From positions 1,600,001 through 1,664,000 of the forward strand of contig OY969559.1 in assembly GCA_963701075.1 (NCBI GenBank): DNA of 64,000 nucleotides, in the 5' to 3' direction. This document shows, piece by piece, positions 59,318-64,000 of this stretch. This DNA is from an uncultured Nitrososphaerota archaeon. Its GTDB lineage: Archaea; Thermoproteota; Nitrososphaeria; Nitrososphaerales; Nitrosopumilaceae. The notes below the pieces were generated by a model. It saw nothing but the letters and a program-made list of their open reading frames with translations. It was not told where the DNA came from and did no database searches. The translations under genes and the position numbers were made by a program. Position 1 is the stretch's first letter. Each line of letters opens with the position of its first letter.

Positions 59318-60631
59318 TTAGTTTTCCGGTGTATCTTTTTGCCGGTACTTGGCCCATGCATTATTGATTGTGAAGACTAGCTGCTTGCCTACAATATGTT
59401 CCATCCATGTCGGTATGAAAAATTTCCTGTTGGGCGAAAAATATCGATAAAATTTTTCACTATCAATCTCGTCGTTGTCAAGCACACTTTTTGCAGCAAA
59501 ATCTCCGCAGAATGTGGCCCATGGCAGACCAACGCACCCAAGCACAAAGTGAGTCCAGGGTCTAGTAGGATCTCGGAGTACAGTAGGAATGAGATCTCTT
59601 GTCATGTCTATGCGACCCTGCCAATATTGGATAAATCTCAAATTCCTAATTGATGGAATTTTTTCTTTTAAATTGTTTATCACTCGATTTACGACTCGAG
59701 TAGTTGTGGTGTCATTTTTTGCATACGTCGTTAGCATATCTCCTCCGCCAACTAACAACCGCTTTGTTCCAGTTAGCCTAAAATAAGTATAGACAAGATC
59801 AGAATCCCAGCACTGCAACGGCCCTTGTGGGAAGAGATTTGCAATATCATCGTCCCCTAACGGTTCACTGATAGAGAGAAAAGTCTGCGCATGATACACA
59901 TCTTCAGAGTATTTCGTTATCTCTTTTTTTGGCTTGTCAATGCAAAAGATGATCTTGTCTGCAGTGGCAGATCCAAGATGTGTGTGTACCGTATGGTCGT
60001 CATAGGAGAGCACTTCGGAGGATTCATAGATTTCTACCCCCTTGTCCAGGAGAACCTCCTTTATTCCCTGGGCATAAAGGAGGGGGTTTACCCCATATGT
60101 TCCAGTGTACCGAATTGCTCCAGAGTATGCCTTTGAACCAAGAACAGATGGAACCTCGGGTTCTGTGTATACCATGCTAGAATACCCAAGATTCTTACGT
60201 GCCTCTACCTCGTCTTGGACGTCTTTCCATCCGCTTGCACCTTTTCCTATGAAAAGACAATCCTGTGTCTGAAGATCGCATTCTATTTTGTGCTCTTTGA
60301 TGTTGGATACCATTATTTCTACTCCCTTTGCAGCAACTTCCCACAAATCTCTTGCACCCGCGATACCGTACTTGCGTAACAATTGGGATAGCTCAAGCTC
60401 GCTGTCCGGAGTCAAAAAACCCGCACTCTTGCCTGTTGAGCTTCCACCACAAATATTTTTGTCAATTAAAACAACTTTACTTCCAGAACTTGCAAGTCTG
60501 AGCGCAGCTGCAAGGCCTGATGCACCTGCACCTACAACCAAGACATCTGTCTTGATGTCCCCCTTTAGTGGAGGTCTAATAGGTTCCTTTACTCCCATAA
60601 GAGTAGTGAACCACCAATCCTGTAATATCAT
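59318..60631 (-). CDS. FAD-dependent oxidoreductase (DadA/PuuB-like DAO family)
   Basis: DVLVVGAGASGL, G.STGKSAG, YFR...RLL.GG. Confidence 0.88.
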   Translation of the reverse strand: MILQDWWFTTLMGVKEPIRPPLKGDIKTDVLVVGAGASGLAAALRLASSGSKVVLIDKNICGGSSTGKSAGFLTPDSELELSQLLRKYGIAGARDLWEVAAKGVEIMVSNIKEHKIECDLQTQDCLFIGKGASGWKDVQDEVEARKNLGYSSMVYTEPEVPSVLGSKAYSGAIRYTGTYGVNPLLYAQGIKEVLLDKGVEIYESSEVLSYDDHTVHTHLGSATADKIIFCIDKPKKEITKYSEDVYHAQTFLSISEPLGDDDIANLFPQGPLQCWDSDLVYTYFRLTGTKRLLVGGGDMLTTYAKNDTTTTRVVNRVINNLKEKIPSIRNLRFIQYWQGRIDMTRDLIPTVLRDPTRPWTHFVLGCVGLPWATFCGDFAAKSVLDNDEIDSEKFYRYFSPNRKFFIPTWMEHIVGKQLVFTINNAWAKYRQKDTPEN

Positions 60632-60881
60632 AAATTCTCAGGTGCCATACGCTAGACATTGACACTATTTGTGTCATGGTAATTCTCATTTTTACTGGAT
60701 TAATGAATTCAAATGGTTGCAAAATATTGCGGGAATTGTTCATGATTTTGAAGAATATCTTTTACTGTATTGATCTTCAGATTCACATCACTCTAGCTTT
60801 GTAAGGACAAACAATGGGAACCTGTTTGCCTTGTGTATATAGGTCTCTTGCCAGAATTTATGCAAAAAAATAGAGCGGCCT

Positions 60882-61475
60882 TCATACATATTTCATTATT
60901 TTGTGTCTGAATGCCATCCATACTAAAAATGCAATAATTATGCCTGCCATGGCATCTTCCAGTATTGGGAAGACCGCCCTTTCGTTACTGGATATGTTTT
61001 GAGGCGGCTGCACTATGTTGACAGGTCCTGATGGCTGGGGGTTTTCATAGACATTGGTATCGTATGACACAGCAAGGTTCTTGTCTGCTATCTTCTCAAG
61101 ACTGATGGTTACAGGTCCTGCGTGGTCAAAGGCAAAATATTTGTAATCTCCGGCCTGGGTCGTGGTTCCAGAGATTCTTGCAAGTTCCTTGCCATCTTGC
61201 GATATCACAAATTGATAATCCACCATGGGTGTTATGGCACCTGTTTGACCGGTGTAGAATTGAAAGATGAACATGATTTTTTTATCAGTTACCATATGGT
61301 GTGGCTCCCACGACATGTCAGCTTCATACTGACCGTCTGGCGTATACGCAATTATTGGAAATTCTGAATTCGTTGCGTTTGCGCCAGCTGTGCCGGTTTG
61401 TATTGGGTATAGCTGACCATACGCTACCGGTCCGCAAAGAACTGCCAATATGGAAATAACTAGCAACCATTTCAT
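60882..61475 (-). CDS. Secreted, C-terminally anchored hypothetical protein
   Basis: Signal peptide; VDYQFVISQDG Ig-like domain; C-terminal TM. Confidence 0.75.
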   Translation of the reverse strand: MKWLLVISILAVLCGPVAYGQLYPIQTGTAGANATNSEFPIIAYTPDGQYEADMSWEPHHMVTDKKIMFIFQFYTGQTGAITPMVDYQFVISQDGKELARISGTTTQAGDYKYFAFDHAGPVTISLEKIADKNLAVSYDTNVYENPQPSGPVNIVQPPQNISSNERAVFPILEDAMAGIIIAFLVWMAFRHKIMKYV

Positions 61476-61924
61476 GCCTTTTCATCAAATATCTTGGTTA
61501 TCACTGGCTTTTGCCAGCGTTGTTTTTCATTAGTATGAAAAGTGTCTTCTAGATATTTACAGATTCAGCTTCATTCTCAAAACAATTGCAATATTTTGCA
61601 ATTTGCTTCTGATCGTGGACAATTATACCAATTGATGACTTGCAAATAGATGAACTAGATTGTTAATTTTAAAACCGCAAGGAACAGAGAATGTTAAATC
61701 ATATTTTCTACAACATAACTTGGAACCTAAAATAGGACTATATTGTAGCGCTACCCCCTCTCGATCCAAACCAAGAAACCTGTATCATTATTATTACAAA
61801 TCAGAGGGTTCAGACATGTAAGAGTTTGAATTTACAGTGATAATGGACTGTTTTTCATTTCTTTTAACTGTCAAAACTGGTAATCCACTTTGCGCTTTAT
61901 ATCCTATGAAGCCCATATGAAATT

Positions 61925-62116
61925 ATGAATAATGAACCTTCAATAGATACAATCTGGTGGGTCATTGAAAAATTTGGAATTCAACGTAAGTTAATTGACC
62001 CACATCAAGATGTTGCTTACCATACTATTCATAATCTGTATTTGACTGTAAAAAATCAGAATTCATCAACCCAAAGAAATAGTGTTAAAATTCAATTAAA
62101 ACAACCGACAAGGTAA
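61925..62116 (+). CDS. Small hypothetical protein or gene fragment
   Basis: 63-aa ATG ORF between two repeat copies; weak support. Confidence 0.35.
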   Translation: MNNEPSIDTIWWVIEKFGIQRKLIDPHQDVAYHTIHNLYLTVKNQNSSTQRNSVKIQLKQPTR

Positions 62117-62202
62117 TAGTTCCAAGAAAAAGCATATTTGTTAGAAACTCGTACCGTACTCGCTAAAATAGTGAATTCAGACCTGTAAGGGTCTACAAGT
62201 GT

Positions 62203-62724
62203 TTAATGACCCATATGCTGGCTTGACTGAAAGTTCATGAATTGTTGTATTGCATTAAGCAATTCAGTGTCGTTTGTAGTAAGAATTAGAATCGAACCAC
62301 CATCAATGTCTTTTATTGAATATTGGATCAAATTCTTCTTTGCGGTCATGACATCAGTGCCGGGAACAACTTGAGCATGAATGTAGAATGGTTTTGTAAA
62401 ATTTCCCTGAGAAAACTCGTATTGTATGTCTTTGACATGAGATCTTATCTCGTTTATGGTCTTTGTGTCACTCATGTTTAATGACATTATCATGATTTGA
62501 CCTCCCGTGGGGGTAGCCATGAAATGATGATGAATCATAGATTGATTGAATCCCATGGCCATGTTGCCACGTTCCAACATGGCAGTTTGGTTGAATCCTG
62601 TTGTTATGTTTGATGTCGTCTCGTTGACGGTAGTAACTTTGGATCCAGTTTGTACAAAATTTATAGCTACCACAATTACGACCAAGATCACTACGCCAAC
62701 CACAATTGGAATTTTTTTATTCAT
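62203..62724 (-). CDS. Membrane-anchored His/Met-containing putative metal-binding protein
   Basis: N-terminal TM; RGNMAMGFNQSMIHHHF...GG, IRSH, IH...VPG, C-terminal QHMGH. Confidence 0.75.
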   Translation of the reverse strand: MNKKIPIVVGVVILVVIVVAINFVQTGSKVTTVNETTSNITTGFNQTAMLERGNMAMGFNQSMIHHHFMATPTGGQIMIMSLNMSDTKTINEIRSHVKDIQYEFSQGNFTKPFYIHAQVVPGTDVMTAKKNLIQYSIKDIDGGSILILTTNDTELLNAIQQFMNFQSSQHMGH

Positions 62725-62881
62725 GATTTTTTAGAACATTTTTGTATTGTCTGTAGGCAATATCATCATTACTTTTTGTCGTATTGGACTTGAATTCTAA
62801 CCCCCGGTTCAGACCTGTAAGAGCGGACTAGAATAGAAAATATTGATTCTAAAGTTGAGTGACTCTGCATATCTCATTGAA

Positions 62882-63997
62882 TTATTTTGAGAACTGAAAT
62901 CTCAACTTGCTAGAAATTAGAATAACTCCAACTATTGAAATTGCAGTTACCATAATTGCAAGAGGGCCAAATTCTGGAACAGATAACGGAGAAGAATATG
63001 ATACTACAGATACAGCATTAGAATTGTGTATTGTCACAAATATCTGCCCCTTTTCAGGGTCATAGACTGCACCAAAAGGAATTTTTCCAACGGGAACGGT
63101 TGCAACCACGGTATCTGTCTTGTCTGATATTACCGATACTGTATCAGAATTGTATTTTGTCACAAACATCTCCCCTTTTGGCCCAGATGCAAGATAATAT
63201 GGATAATTACCAACTGGAATGGTTGCAACTACCGTATCAGTCTTGTCGGATATTACCGAGACAGTGGAATTTGTACTTGTTACAAATAGCTCGTCCGTTC
63301 CAGAGTCATAGGCAATGGCAAATGGATAGTTGCCAACTGGAACGGTTGCAACTACCGTATCAGTCTTGGCTGATATTACCGAGACAGTGGAATTTGTACT
63401 TGTTACAAATAGCTCGTCCGTTCCAGAGTCATAGGCAATGTCAAATGGATAGTTGCCAACTGGAACGGTTGCAACTACCGCATTTGTTTTGTCGGATATC
63501 ACTGATACTGTGCTAGATTTTTCGTTTGCCGCAAACACTTCTCCTCTCAGAGAATCATATGCAATACCGTGCGGGGCAGCTCCAACTTGAATTGTATTCA
63601 CAACGGTATCGTCACTATCAGATATTACAGAGACGGTATTAGAAAGAAGATTTGCAACAAACATCTCATCCTTTGCCTGGTCATATGCAATACCGTGCGG
63701 GGCAGCTCCAACTGGAATTGTATCTACAACGGTATCGTTACTATCAGATATTACAGAGACTGTGTTAGAAGCTGCGTTTGTCACAAATATCTCCCCCTTT
63801 GTCGAGTCGTATGCAATACCATAAGGAATACTTCCGACGGTAACTGTTGCAGGCAGAGATTCCGCACTTGCAGTACGTGTAAAAAGCAAGCAAAAGAGAA
63901 CAAATATGAAAACTAGCACCTTTTCTGTTTGCGTGCTATTTTTTGTGATTTTGCCATTATTTATGTTGGCAATAATCTTCGGCCATGATGGTTTCAA
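62882..63997 (-). CDS. YVTN/YncE-type beta-propeller surface protein with PEFG-CTERM (start uncertain)
   Basis: Seven repeats of VG..P..IAYD....E.FV.N..S.TVSVI; near-perfect 123-bp DNA duplication at 63211-63480; ends VPEFG + TM. Confidence 0.92.
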   Translation of the reverse strand: MKPSWPKIIANINNGKITKNSTQTEKVLVFIFVLFCLLFTRTASAESLPATVTVGSIPYGIAYDSTKGEIFVTNAASNTVSVISDSNDTVVDTIPVGAAPHGIAYDQAKDEMFVANLLSNTVSVISDSDDTVVNTIQVGAAPHGIAYDSLRGEVFAANEKSSTVSVISDKTNAVVATVPVGNYPFDIAYDSGTDELFVTSTNSTVSVISAKTDTVVATVPVGNYPFAIAYDSGTDELFVTSTNSTVSVISDKTDTVVATIPVGNYPYYLASGPKGEMFVTKYNSDTVSVISDKTDTVVATVPVGKIPFGAVYDPEKGQIFVTIHNSNAVSVVSYSSPLSVPEFGPLAIMVTAISIVGVILISSKLRFQFSK

Positions 63998-64000
63998 GCC

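Larger units (their letters stand above)
61807..62823 (+). repeat. Three direct copies of TTCAGAC(C/A)TGTAAG in consecutive intergenic spaces
   Basis: 61809-61822, 62176-62189 and 62808-62821; a further copy with one mismatch on the minus strand at 30893-30906. Confidence 0.75.

Noticed and set aside
40340-60631. glnA plus DadA/PuuB-like oxidase as a putrescine (Puu) pathway
   Set aside because: The genes are ~18 kb apart and the GS keeps canonical ammonium-site motifs.
1-64000. Many antisense or alternative-frame ORFs in the track (e.g. 26821..27342, 32644..33141, 51516..51959, 63031..63516)
   Set aside because: They overlap well-supported genes and lack motifs of their own.

Overview
Archaeal DNA from an ammonia-oxidiser-type thaumarchaeon (Nitrososphaeria; Nitrosotalea-like is my inference). 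Evidence: three PEFG-CTERM proteins, two TFB paralogues, a CdvC/Vps4 ATPase, cupredoxin and multicopper oxidase genes, and roadblock-like proteins. The window is mostly accessory DNA: surface and secreted proteins with low-complexity repeats, ABC/MFS/ZIP transporters, glycosyltransferases, glnA, an aquaporin, stress genes and a hicAB pair. One complete IS (18-bp TIRs, 5-bp TSD) sits in the 3' end of a histidine kinase. The best candidate for an undescribed system is an AT-rich island (~46.0-49.75 kb) next to a truncated viral terminase. It holds a tightly coupled six-gene operon: four tiny paralogous coiled-coil+HTH proteins (one missing from the ORF track), a winged-HTH protein and an HNH nuclease. 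A fifth paralogue is transcribed divergently across a repeat-rich operator, followed by an RHH gene with helically phased repeats and a TIR-zinc-ribbon gene. Also notable: four unrelated frameshifts are all the same event (AGCTA read as AGCTGA), probably a sequencing footprint of AGCT methylation, and a recurrent TTCAGAC-N8 site brackets single genes near 62 kb. I found no rRNA, tRNA, CRISPR array or integrase. All calls are from reading the sequence by eye; no searches were run.
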